A DNA stretch of 64,000 nt from positions 2,469 to 66,468 of the forward strand of contig JBAVHY010000158.1 in assembly GCA_049686315.1 (NCBI GenBank). Direction: 5' to 3'. The first letter of the stretch is position 1. Each line of letters starts with the position of its first letter. The notes below the pieces were generated by a model. The model saw only the letters and a program-made list of their open reading frames with translations, had not been told where the DNA came from and searched no databases. Source of the DNA: Candidatus Acidiferrum sp. GTDB lineage: Bacteria; Acidobacteriota; Terriglobia; Acidiferrales; UBA7541. Made by a program: the position numbers and the translations under genes. Below are positions 46,881 to 56,187 of this stretch, piece by piece.

Positions 46881-47813
46881 CTACCAGATGTCAACTCGCG
46901 GCTCGCCCTTGGGGAGTTGCCCGGCAGTCTTTGCTTTAATCTCGCTGAGAAGCTTCCGAATACGCTGGTTGAATTCTGCATCGTCCTTGCAAGGGGTTGA
47001 GCCCACGGCCCGTAGATAACTCTCCATATCTTTCGCCGCCGATCGATAATCCCCCTTTCTTAGATGGACGTCCGCAAGCGTAAGAAATGCGCTCCTTGCT
47101 GATGGATTAGGAAGTCGAAGGGCTTTGTGTGCAGCCTCCTCGGCATCGTCTAAACGATTCTGGTTGAATAGCACAGTCGAAAGCACTGCATATCCGTCCG
47201 ACAAACTTGGATCCTCTTCCATGCCTCGGCGCACAATGGATTCCGCCTCTTTGGACCTTCCGAGCCTGGCCAACACCAGACTGTAGCCAAAATATGCACG
47301 TGCACAGCGTCCGCCGCTTAGATTGATAGCGCTTTGAAAGGACTGTAGGGCCTCGTCCGTTTGCTGGAGCTGGGTCTCAGCTACGCCCTCGTTATAGTAC
47401 GCTTCATAGAAACCGGGAAATTCCTGAATGGCACGCCTGAAGTGGCGCAAGCTCCCTGTGGCATCTCCCTTCGCTAGCTCTTCCACGCCCCGAACAAAAG
47501 CGCCTTGCGCTTTGGCAGGGACCTGCAACTCTCGGACACTTACCGTGGCTTTTTGCTCGTCGACGGGCGAGGTGGACTTATGCGTCTGCGCTCGCGCAAC
47601 TGGCAGCCAGGCAACCAACACAAAACTAATAAGAACGAGGGTAAGAAAAAGTGCTGCCTGCCACGACGTTTCCGGCTGATTTGGTTCTGCGTCCCTAACT
47701 TTTCGCCGACGGCAAGTTTTCTCTCCAGTTACCAGAAATGGGGCAGGTGACCTCCATACGGAGGGCCAGTCGAATCGCTCCGTGCATCTATAATTGAGAT
47801 GGCTGGCCAACAT
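46881..47813 (-). CDS. TPR repeat protein with an N-terminal membrane anchor
   Basis: A hydrophobic helix (AALFLTLVLISFVLVAWLPVA) is followed by about 5 TPR-like repeats (AIQEFPGFYEAYYNEGVA..., AINLSGGRCARAYFGYSL...). The start is uncertain. Confidence 0.7.
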   Translation of the reverse strand: MLASHLNYRCTERFDWPSVWRSPAPFLVTGEKTCRRRKVRDAEPNQPETSWQAALFLTLVLISFVLVAWLPVARAQTHKSTSPVDEQKATVSVRELQVPAKAQGAFVRGVEELAKGDATGSLRHFRRAIQEFPGFYEAYYNEGVAETQLQQTDEALQSFQSAINLSGGRCARAYFGYSLVLARLGRSKEAESIVRRGMEEDPSLSDGYAVLSTVLFNQNRLDDAEEAAHKALRLPNPSARSAFLTLADVHLRKGDYRSAAKDMESYLRAVGSTPCKDDAEFNQRIRKLLSEIKAKTAGQLPKGEPRVDIW

Positions 47814-48162
47814 CTTCTTCCCCGCGCCTCAGGGGTGGGGCATTCCGGGCGAAAGATTGCTCTTCAGAGAGGCGATCGTGGCCTCTGGGGAAGTAGACAC
47901 CGAATTCGTCGGGAAGGTGCTCCTTCCGAAAGGCCAACGTCTCGTTGATACTTCAACGAATCGCTCTTGTCTGTGCCCGAAGTCACAGCGCGACAACCTG
48001 GCAGTATCCCGACTTCACGACCTAGGTATAGGGACTCGGCTAACTTTGAAAGGCTGTGGTTTCTCGCTTCCAACCTGTAGTATATCAATTCACCTTTTGG
48101 CACGGCCTATGCAGCGCTCGGCATAGTTGAGAGGCTAGGGAATTTCTTAAGGACACTTAACC

Positions 48163-49806
48163 TTGGCGACGACTCCATGGCGACGGTTCTTTTCTGGTTT
48201 TTTGTTATTCACGCTGAACGGGGCGGCGCTGTTCGCGCAACGTGCTCAGACGGCTTCCATCTCTACCCGCATTGATGTGCAGCCCTCGCAGTTGCTGTCC
48301 ACGCCTGTTTCCGCGAACTGGCTCTCGTACAACGGTGACTACACCGGGCGACGTTACAGCACCCTGCACGAAATAAACGTTAGTAACGTCTCGCAGCTTC
48401 GCGCGCAATGGGCCTTTCATGTGTCGAATTCCAACCGCTTGGAAGTGACGCCTGTTGTGGTGGATGGAATCATGTTGCTGACTTCCGCGAACGACGCCTA
48501 CGCCCTCGATGCGCAGACGGGGCGGACGCTGTGGCACTATGCACGGCCCATCACCGAAGGTCTGATTGACGATGCCTCACAGCATCACAACCGCGGCGTC
48601 GGCATCTGGCATTCACGCATTTACATGGAAACAGACAACGCGCATCTACTCTGCCTGGATGCGAGTTCCGGCCATCTTCTGTGGGATGTCGCTTACACTG
48701 ACGGAAACCCCAACTATGGCGCAACCAGCGCACCGCTCGTGGTCAAGGATAGAGTGCTCGTGGGAACTTCCGGCGGCGACGATGGCGTGCGCGGATTTGT
48801 TGCGGCATACGACGCCGAAACCGGCAAAGAGGCGTGGCGATTCTGGACCATTCCAGCCCCAGGAGAATTCGGCTCCTCCAGTTGGCCCGGCGATAGCTGG
48901 AAACTGGGGGGCGGCACGACCTGGATGCCCGGCACCTTTGACCCTGAATTGAATATGATCTTTTGGGGCACCAGCAATCCCGCGCCTGATTTCGATGGAG
49001 GGCCGCGTCCTGGCGATGATCTTTATACGGATTGCCTGCTGGCCCTCGATGCGGACACTGGAAAGCTGCAATGGTATTTCCAATTCACACCGCATGACCT
49101 GTTCGATTACGACGCGGTTGAAACGCCCATGCTCGTTGATGCGGTTTTCAAAGGTCAGCCTAGAAAACTGGTCGTGGAAGCCAACCGAAACGGTTTTCTC
49201 TATGTGCTCGATCGCACGAACGGCAAATTTCTATCGGCAACGCGTTTTGCCGAAAAGCTAAACTGGTCTACCGGGATTGACGCCGCTGGCCGGCCCATTG
49301 GAACACAGCTTAAGCCAACGGAAACCGGTACCCGCATCTGTCCAGGCATGGTAGGAGCCACGAACTGGCACTCGCCCGCGTTTAGTCCGGAAACGTCCAT
49401 GCTTTATTTCATGGCGCTGGAGAGTTGCGACATTTATATGACCAAAGCTCAGAAATTTGTTCCTGGCCAGACTTACTACGCTACGGGAGTTCGCCGGAGC
49501 GAGAGCGACCAGAACGAGAAAATCCTCCTGGCCTACTCGATCGATGGCGATAAGCCGGCGTGGCGCTACGTTCAGTCCGGCGAGGGGCATTCCTCAGCTG
49601 GCGTCATGACCACTGCCGGGGGGCTGGTTTTCTTCGGTGACGACGCACGATCGTTCGAAGCCGTTGACGCGGCGACTGGAAAACCGCTATGGCATTTCAA
49701 TACCGGGCAGAACATCAGCGCCTCGCCCATGACATACGCGGTCAACTCAAAACAGTATGTGGCCATTGCCGCCGGTAGCGACGTTTTCACGTTCACTTTG
49801 CCATAA
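48163..49806 (+). CDS. PQQ-dependent dehydrogenase, methanol/ethanol family (soluble, exported)
   Basis: TTG start in frame, with a signal peptide. The family N-terminus is present (WLSYNGDYTGRRYSTLHEINVSNVSQLRAQWAF), as are propeller repeats and the active-site region FTPHDLFDYDAVETP. There is no C-terminal cytochrome domain. Confidence 0.9.
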   Translation: MATTPWRRFFSGFLLFTLNGAALFAQRAQTASISTRIDVQPSQLLSTPVSANWLSYNGDYTGRRYSTLHEINVSNVSQLRAQWAFHVSNSNRLEVTPVVVDGIMLLTSANDAYALDAQTGRTLWHYARPITEGLIDDASQHHNRGVGIWHSRIYMETDNAHLLCLDASSGHLLWDVAYTDGNPNYGATSAPLVVKDRVLVGTSGGDDGVRGFVAAYDAETGKEAWRFWTIPAPGEFGSSSWPGDSWKLGGGTTWMPGTFDPELNMIFWGTSNPAPDFDGGPRPGDDLYTDCLLALDADTGKLQWYFQFTPHDLFDYDAVETPMLVDAVFKGQPRKLVVEANRNGFLYVLDRTNGKFLSATRFAEKLNWSTGIDAAGRPIGTQLKPTETGTRICPGMVGATNWHSPAFSPETSMLYFMALESCDIYMTKAQKFVPGQTYYATGVRRSESDQNEKILLAYSIDGDKPAWRYVQSGEGHSSAGVMTTAGGLVFFGDDARSFEAVDAATGKPLWHFNTGQNISASPMTYAVNSKQYVAIAAGSDVFTFTLP

Positions 49807-49874
49807 CATCTACCGGAAAATCAGGCTACACATAGGGGGATTCAAGGAGGCAATTTGCCGGCACCGGGAATGTC

Positions 49875-49903
49875 TTGACTAGAACAGCAGTTCGTCCTAC
49901 ACT
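49875..49903 (+). promoter_or_regulatory. sigma-70-like promoter candidate (TTGACT-N17-TACACT)
   Basis: The -35 ttgact (49875-49880), a 17-nt spacer and the -10 tacact (49898-49903) end 25 nt upstream of the ATG at 49928. This is pattern matching only. Confidence 0.3.
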
Positions 49904-49927
49904 CCGCGGCCAATAGGGGGGTGTTCC

Positions 49928-52900
49928 ATGCTAAATCGCTCCTGGCATGTAATCTCGGCCATTTCAATCGTTTTAATACTACTTGGTAACGCCACAGTAA
50001 TTCGCGCCGATGTTACTGGCTCGATACAGGGTGTGGTGCGCGATCCTTCTCAGGGCGCCATCACGGGCGCGCAGATCACGATTACGAATGCACAAACGAA
50101 TCTCACTTATGAAACGAAGACCGGCGCGGATGGCTCCTATCACGTCCTGGCGCTTCCCGCGGGCGTGTACAAGCTTACCGTGACCGCGCCCGGATTCCGC
50201 ACATTCGTCGAAAGTGACGTCGAAGTGAAAGTGAACGACCAGCTTCACATTGACGTCACTCTGAACGTCGGCTCCGCGACACAGGAAGTCATCAATGTTC
50301 AAGCGAATGCCGTGCAAGTGCAGACGGAAAGCACGCAACTTGGCGACGTGATCGACTCCAAGAAAATGCTCGCCCTGCCACTGAATGGGCGGAGCTATAT
50401 CGACCTTCTGGGCTTGCAGGCGGGCGTCGCGCCCTCGTCGGCCGGAACAATCGAAGGCGGCGGGACTGCCGGGCTCGGGACTCGGCCGGTCTCTGGAATT
50501 TTGAGCGCGGGCAACATCTCCGTGAATGGCCAGCGCGAAACGGCGAACGCCTTCCTGGTGAATGGCGGAGACGTGAGCGAGGGGCGTAACCTCGGCGCCG
50601 GTTTGGTCCCCAACTTAGACTCGGTGGAGGAATTTCGCCTCATCACCAATAGCTTTGATGCGGAGTATGGGAAATTCAGCGGTGCGGTGATGAACGCGAT
50701 CACCAAATCCGGCACCAACTCGTTTCATGGCGACGTCTTCGAATTTCTTCGTAATGACAAGCTCGATGCCAAGAATTACTTCGCCCCTTCCAAGTCCGAA
50801 TTGCGCCGCAATCAATTTGGCTACACCTTGGGCGGCCCCATCTGGAAAGATCATCTGTTCTTTTTCTCGGACTACCAGGGCACCCGCCAGGTGCAGGGCG
50901 CCGAAACGGGGTTGGTTACTGTGCCAACCACTGACCAGCGCAACGGTAACTTTGATCCGTCGACAGTGACGGGGACAATCGACGGGCCGTACTGGGCCCA
51001 AGTGCTCTCGCAGCGCTTGGGCTACACCGTAGCGCAAGGTGAGCCGTACAGCTTTCCTGCGGTCACAGATGCGCAGGGCAACGTCACCAGCCCAGCCTGC
51101 AGCTCGACGGCGCTGTGCGTGTTTCCCGTTGACCCGGTCTCGGGTCTAGCTATGATTCCCCAGTCGGCTTGGGCGCCCCCGACTAGCCACATACTCCCGT
51201 ACATGCCCAGCCAGACTCTCGCCGGAAGTGTGAACAACTACTCCAACAACAGCCAGAAGAGCAGCGTGACCGACAACAAGTTCGGGGAGCGTGTGGATTT
51301 CAACAACCAAAAGACGGGAAACTGGTCGTGGTACTACCACTTGGACAACACGACGGTGGACAACGCCCTGGCGGGTTTCGCCACCGTGCCTGGATTCCCC
51401 ACGAACACACCTTCGCGAGCCCAAGAGTTCGTCATGAGCAACACCAAGACCTTCGGCGCCACCTCCGTAAACGAGGCGCGCATCAGCTTCTTCCGTACCG
51501 TGCTGCACAAGGACAATCCCGCGGGCAGTTTCGCCGACGTGTCCTCGCTCGGTTTTGTGACCGGTGAAAGCACCCTGGGCATTGTCCCACTGCCTGGGTA
51601 CAAGCAATATATGCCACAAGTGAGCTTGAGCCTGATTGGACTGAACATCGGCGTACCCACACTCAATACCTTCCAGCCCAACACCACGTACATGGCCAGT
51701 GACGTGTTTTCGAAGGTGGTCGGCAAACATACCTGGAAATTCGGAGGGGAATTCCGCTACCTCATGGTGAACGAAAGGAATTACGCCAGCCCCAACGGGC
51801 AATTCACATTTGATGGTTCCGTGACTGGCTCTGACATGGCCGACTTCCTCCTCGGCGCAACCTGCAACTCTTGTGGTGGTGCTTACGTCCAGGCCGCCAA
51901 ACAGGTGCTGGATTCCCGAACCCGTTATGGCGGGGCCTTCGTTCAGGACTCTTGGAAAGTGAAATCCAACCTCACCCTCAATCTCGGCCTCCGCTGGGAA
52001 GTCAGCATGCCTTGGTACGACTGGCAAGGAAAAATCCAGACCTTCGTTCCCGGGCAACAGTCCACTGTGTTCCCACTCGCTCCCGGGGGGTTAGTGTTCC
52101 CCGGCGACCCTGGCATTCCCAAAACGCTGGCGCCGACGCGCTATAACAACTTCGGCCCACGACTCGGTTTGGCGTATTCGCCAGGGTTTTCGGACGGCGT
52201 GTTGGGCAAAATCTTTGGCGGCCCGGGCAAATCAAGCATTCGGGCATCCTACGGTCTGTATTACACCTCGGTCGAAGACCTGAATCTATTTTACGAGGTG
52301 GCGGATGCGCCTTTCGGCCTATATTGGCAATCTCCGACGTCGGTACTGTTTGACCAACCTTTCCTGATTCGACAGAGTGGGCAATCGCTGGGACAACGTT
52401 TTCCTTACACCTTGCCGATTCCAGGTGCCGCGTCCAACAAGACACTGGACTTCTCGGTATTCGAGCCCATCAACTATTTTCCGGGCTACTACGTTCACAA
52501 CAGGCTGCCTTACGCGGAGCACTTCAATCTCTCGATCCAACGCGAACTCACCAAATCAACCGTGCTCACCTTGGCTTACGTCGGTACCGAGGGGCACCAC
52601 CTCATCACCCAGCAGGAATCCAACCCAGGCGACCCAACTCTGTGCCAACAACTCACTGCCCAGGGGGCCATGGACACGACCGCAGGCGCGGCTGGCTGCG
52701 GATTTGGCGCCGAGAACGACGTTTTCCAGCTTCCGAGCGGCAACTTCGTGTACAGCACCAGGGACAAACTTCTAAATCCAAACTACTGCCCGAATTCGGC
52801 TCTCCAGGTGTGTTTTGGCTATGGCAACACGTACACATTCACGAGCGCCAATTCCATCTACAACGCTGGGCAAATCACCGTCGAACGCAAGGCCAACGAC

Positions 52901-53641
52901 GTCACCTTCCTGGCTGCCTACACTTTTGCCAGGGCCTTGGACGATTCCTCCGGGTTCGGTGACTTGGTGAACTTCGTAAATCCTAAAATCAGCCGTGGCT
53001 TGTCCTCCGCGGACGTCACTCACAATTTTGTGGCCAGTTACATTTGGGCCGTGCCCTTCGACCGCCTCTTTGGGAACGCCCCGAAGCGTTTGACCCAGGG
53101 TTGGCAGATTCAGGGAATCACCCGCTTCTCGACCGGTTTTCCGATACAGTTGAACCAAGCCAACGGTGACCTAGCTCTGTGGGGTAGCTCGTCCACGGAT
53201 ATGCCGAATCGGGTTGGTCCATTGCAGATCCTGAATCCGCGCAAATCGAATCCGAATTGCCCAACCAGCGACGGCACCGGATGCTACTTTATCCCGCCTC
53301 CACTAAATCTTGCCACACCACAATTCCCAGGGGACGTGACAGCGGCAGCCTGCTTGCCGAGTGTGGGTGCATTCGCGCAGAATTGCATTCCAGGAACATT
53401 CGGGACTGCCAACCGCCGCTTCTTCCATGGCCCCGGTTTCAACAACACCGATTTCGGCATATCCAAACGAACGGTCATCAAGGAGAATCTCGCGTTCGAT
53501 TTGCGTTTGGAATTTTTCAACATCTTCAACCATACGCAATTTACAAATCCTTCCGGAGACATCACCAACTCGAGCTTCGGAATCGTTACCAACGCGCGCG
53601 ATCCGCGGATTGGGCAGGTCAGCGCGAAGTTCTACTGGTAA
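49928..53641 (+). CDS. TonB-dependent receptor-like outer membrane protein with an N-terminal CarboxypepD_reg domain (paralog of 40958-44401)
   Basis: Signal peptide, then GSIQGVVRD...YHVLALPAGVYKLTVTAPGFR. The plug-like block (LNGRSYIDLL...NISVNGQRETANAFLVNGGDV) and the FEFLRNDKLDA block are shared with the paralog. It ends ...VSAKFYW. Confidence 0.85.
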   Translation: MLNRSWHVISAISIVLILLGNATVIRADVTGSIQGVVRDPSQGAITGAQITITNAQTNLTYETKTGADGSYHVLALPAGVYKLTVTAPGFRTFVESDVEVKVNDQLHIDVTLNVGSATQEVINVQANAVQVQTESTQLGDVIDSKKMLALPLNGRSYIDLLGLQAGVAPSSAGTIEGGGTAGLGTRPVSGILSAGNISVNGQRETANAFLVNGGDVSEGRNLGAGLVPNLDSVEEFRLITNSFDAEYGKFSGAVMNAITKSGTNSFHGDVFEFLRNDKLDAKNYFAPSKSELRRNQFGYTLGGPIWKDHLFFFSDYQGTRQVQGAETGLVTVPTTDQRNGNFDPSTVTGTIDGPYWAQVLSQRLGYTVAQGEPYSFPAVTDAQGNVTSPACSSTALCVFPVDPVSGLAMIPQSAWAPPTSHILPYMPSQTLAGSVNNYSNNSQKSSVTDNKFGERVDFNNQKTGNWSWYYHLDNTTVDNALAGFATVPGFPTNTPSRAQEFVMSNTKTFGATSVNEARISFFRTVLHKDNPAGSFADVSSLGFVTGESTLGIVPLPGYKQYMPQVSLSLIGLNIGVPTLNTFQPNTTYMASDVFSKVVGKHTWKFGGEFRYLMVNERNYASPNGQFTFDGSVTGSDMADFLLGATCNSCGGAYVQAAKQVLDSRTRYGGAFVQDSWKVKSNLTLNLGLRWEVSMPWYDWQGKIQTFVPGQQSTVFPLAPGGLVFPGDPGIPKTLAPTRYNNFGPRLGLAYSPGFSDGVLGKIFGGPGKSSIRASYGLYYTSVEDLNLFYEVADAPFGLYWQSPTSVLFDQPFLIRQSGQSLGQRFPYTLPIPGAASNKTLDFSVFEPINYFPGYYVHNRLPYAEHFNLSIQRELTKSTVLTLAYVGTEGHHLITQQESNPGDPTLCQQLTAQGAMDTTAGAAGCGFGAENDVFQLPSGNFVYSTRDKLLNPNYCPNSALQVCFGYGNTYTFTSANSIYNAGQITVERKANDVTFLAAYTFARALDDSSGFGDLVNFVNPKISRGLSSADVTHNFVASYIWAVPFDRLFGNAPKRLTQGWQIQGITRFSTGFPIQLNQANGDLALWGSSSTDMPNRVGPLQILNPRKSNPNCPTSDGTGCYFIPPPLNLATPQFPGDVTAAACLPSVGAFAQNCIPGTFGTANRRFFHGPGFNNTDFGISKRTVIKENLAFDLRLEFFNIFNHTQFTNPSGDITNSSFGIVTNARDPRIGQVSAKFYW

Positions 53642-53772
53642 TCCGGCAAACCAGGCGAGACCCAACGCAATCCGTACTTCCCTTCTCGCCTGGGTTCGGC
53701 ACGCATGTTAGGCTGTCTCCGATGAAATGCCGCGGGAACGATTCGTTCAGTCACCTTGGTAGGTTCTTGCGA

Positions 53773-55389
53773 ATGTCTGTCGTGGTTCTCAGCCTTAGCT
53801 ATGCAGGACCGGCGCTCGCTCAGACGGCTCAAGTGTACCGTGAAAAGGCCAATGCACTGGTCCGCTCCAAGTCATGGGAGGAGGCCATCTCCAACTATCG
53901 CAAAGCTCTGGAACTCGATCCTAAGGACGCAGAAACGCATTACGATCTTGCGCTGGCCTTGAAATACAACGGTGAAACAAAACAAGCCGTCGAGGAGTTT
54001 GAGTCCGCCATCCGGCTGAAGCCCGGCTGGGGTGAGGCCCACTACGGCTTGGGCGCAGCTCTATATGACCTTCATGATCAGGCCGGCGCGCTGAAGGAAC
54101 TGCGCAAGGCGGTAGCGGGCGAGTCCTCCAACGCCGCCGCGCATCGGTTCCTCGCGCATATTTATTCGGAACAAAATGATTTTTCCGCTGCCGAACGCGA
54201 GCTCAGCCGCGCCGCGGCGCTGAAGCCTTCTGCGGAAGTTCATTTCGAACTGGGGGAAGTGGAAGGCCAGCTGGGAAAACTGGATGCCGCCTCAACTCAG
54301 TTTCGCACCGCCCTTCGCCTCGATCCGGAGCTGGCGAGAGCGTACGTCATGCTGGGCATAACGCTGCGACGTCAGGGCGATCACAAGGGAGCGCTCGCGA
54401 ATTTCAGGAAGGCCGTCGAGATCGATGCCACGGACCCCAATGCCCAATACAATCTGGGCATGGAATTAAAAGCCGAAGCCGACATTCCGGGCGCGATCGC
54501 CGCATTCCGGAGCGCGATTAAACTGAAACCTGATTTCGAGAAGGCTCACTATAGTTTGGGAATCGCTCTCCGCTCCCAAGGAGACACCGCTGCAGCGCAC
54601 AAGGAACTGGATGAATTGAACCAGCTGCATCAGTTTCGCACCCGCCTGGCGCAAGCAAAACTGCTTATCCTGCAAGGTGTGGACGCGCTTAAGAGGCAAC
54701 AACTCGACGAGGCTCTGAATTTCTTCCAGAAGGCAGTCGAGGAAAGCCCCGAGCTACCCACCGGCTACTACTATCTTGGCGTGACGTGGGACCGCAAACA
54801 GGACGACGCACACGCCAAGGAAGCCTACAACAAGGCGCTACAATTGAAACCCGACTATGCGCAGGTCCACTCCAGCCTGGGCCTTCTTTACTGGCGCGAA
54901 AATGACCGTGAGCGCGCGCTTCAGGAGTTTCATCAGGCGGTCATGTCGGATGGCGATCTTCCGGAGGCGCACTACAATTACGGTCTTGCCCTGGCGCAAT
55001 CGGGACAGCTTGACGAAGCGGTTCGGGAGTTGAACGAAGCCCTGAGCCTTGATCCCAAGTACACGGACGCGCGTATCCAATTAGGGTTGGTTCTGAGTCA
55101 GAAAAATGACACGCAAGGCGCGATCAGCGTCTTCCGGGAGCTTGTGCATCGCGATCCACGTTTCGCGGAGGCTCATAACAATCTCGGATTGGCGCTGTTG
55201 CAAGCAGGAGAAAATGGCGCTGCAAAATCTGAGTTTCTGGAGGCTGTTCGCCTCAAGCCTTCTTACGCAGAGGCGCACTACAACCTTGGATTGGCATTGC
55301 AGAAACAGGGAAAGGAGGCGGAGTCGCGCGCGGAGTTCGAGAAAGCCTTCGAAATTGCGCCCGAATTAAGGAACGCGGCTCGCCCTTAA
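53773..55389 (+). CDS. exported TPR repeat protein (more than 10 TPR units)
   Basis: The start gives MSVVVLSLSYAGPALAQ (alternative ATG at 53722). There are repeated A..Y..AL.L.P....A.YNLG TPR units throughout. The longer ORF from 53257 overlaps the receptor gene. Confidence 0.8.
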   Translation: MSVVVLSLSYAGPALAQTAQVYREKANALVRSKSWEEAISNYRKALELDPKDAETHYDLALALKYNGETKQAVEEFESAIRLKPGWGEAHYGLGAALYDLHDQAGALKELRKAVAGESSNAAAHRFLAHIYSEQNDFSAAERELSRAAALKPSAEVHFELGEVEGQLGKLDAASTQFRTALRLDPELARAYVMLGITLRRQGDHKGALANFRKAVEIDATDPNAQYNLGMELKAEADIPGAIAAFRSAIKLKPDFEKAHYSLGIALRSQGDTAAAHKELDELNQLHQFRTRLAQAKLLILQGVDALKRQQLDEALNFFQKAVEESPELPTGYYYLGVTWDRKQDDAHAKEAYNKALQLKPDYAQVHSSLGLLYWRENDRERALQEFHQAVMSDGDLPEAHYNYGLALAQSGQLDEAVRELNEALSLDPKYTDARIQLGLVLSQKNDTQGAISVFRELVHRDPRFAEAHNNLGLALLQAGENGAAKSEFLEAVRLKPSYAEAHYNLGLALQKQGKEAESRAEFEKAFEIAPELRNAARP

Positions 55390-55392
55390 TCA

Positions 55393-56187
55393 ATGACCTC
55401 ACGGCGAAAGTTTGCATTCGAGATTGTAATCGTGGCAGTTGCGATTTTTTATGGCTTGCCGGCAATCGAGCCCGGGGCGGCCGGAGGTGGTTCGTCGCAA
55501 TCGAATCCTTCCGCAAAGGTCTGCGAGTTCTCACCGCCCGGTGCCGCCTTTTCCATTCCCTATGTTTCGCATGCTCCGGAGCTGAACACCGATCCCAATT
55601 CCGTCACCTGGACAACGGCGGCTTCCACGTGGATTCAGAAAGATTGTAGCCACGAAACTGACTATGCCAGGCTCAAGACGGAGGTGCGCGGCTTTTGGAC
55701 TGATTCCGATTTGTATCTCCTGTTCATCTCGCCCTACATCGAACTCAATCTCTGGTTGCCTGCGGACAATAGCAAGGACCGGTTGAAACTTTGGGACCGC
55801 GATGTAGTTGAGTTTTTTCTGGGGGACGACTGGAGGGACATCAAACGCTATCGGGAATTTGAAATCGCTCCCACGGGAGATTGGGTGGATTTGGCTATCG
55901 ACCTGAACCATGACAGCTATGATGCCAAGTGGGATTCCGGATGGCAGCGGCAGGGACGAATCGATGAAAAAACCCACATATGGTATGCCGCCGCCCGCGT
56001 GCCGCTGCGTTCGGTGAGCGAAAAGCCAATCGCGGCCGGCACCCGGTGGAGAGTCAACCTGTATCGAATCGACGGGCTGGGCGAGGACCCGGTGCGCCGC
56101 TTTATGTGCTGGCAGCCTACTTGCGTGGTCAACCAGGATCCCAATCACGTGCCTGAACATTTTGGAACTTTAGTGTTCGCTAAATAA
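55393..56187 (+). CDS. CBM9-like / DOMON-like carbohydrate-binding-family protein with an N-terminal anchor
   Basis: An N-terminal helix is followed by YREFEIAPTGDWVDLAIDLN and WRVNLYRIDG blocks typical of CBM9_2-type domains. It starts 3 nt after the TPR gene stop, and its own stop overlaps the next ATG (TAATG). Confidence 0.55.
   Translation: MTSRRKFAFEIVIVAVAIFYGLPAIEPGAAGGGSSQSNPSAKVCEFSPPGAAFSIPYVSHAPELNTDPNSVTWTTAASTWIQKDCSHETDYARLKTEVRGFWTDSDLYLLFISPYIELNLWLPADNSKDRLKLWDRDVVEFFLGDDWRDIKRYREFEIAPTGDWVDLAIDLNHDSYDAKWDSGWQRQGRIDEKTHIWYAAARVPLRSVSEKPIAAGTRWRVNLYRIDGLGEDPVRRFMCWQPTCVVNQDPNHVPEHFGTLVFAK

Noticed and set aside
53257-53721. N-terminal 155 codons of the 710-aa ORF, which would overlap the end of the TonB-dependent-like gene.
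   Set aside because: The translation there is low-complexity and Arg-rich, and it overlaps a strongly supported CDS. A plausible signal peptide and the TPR body begin only at 53722 or 53773.
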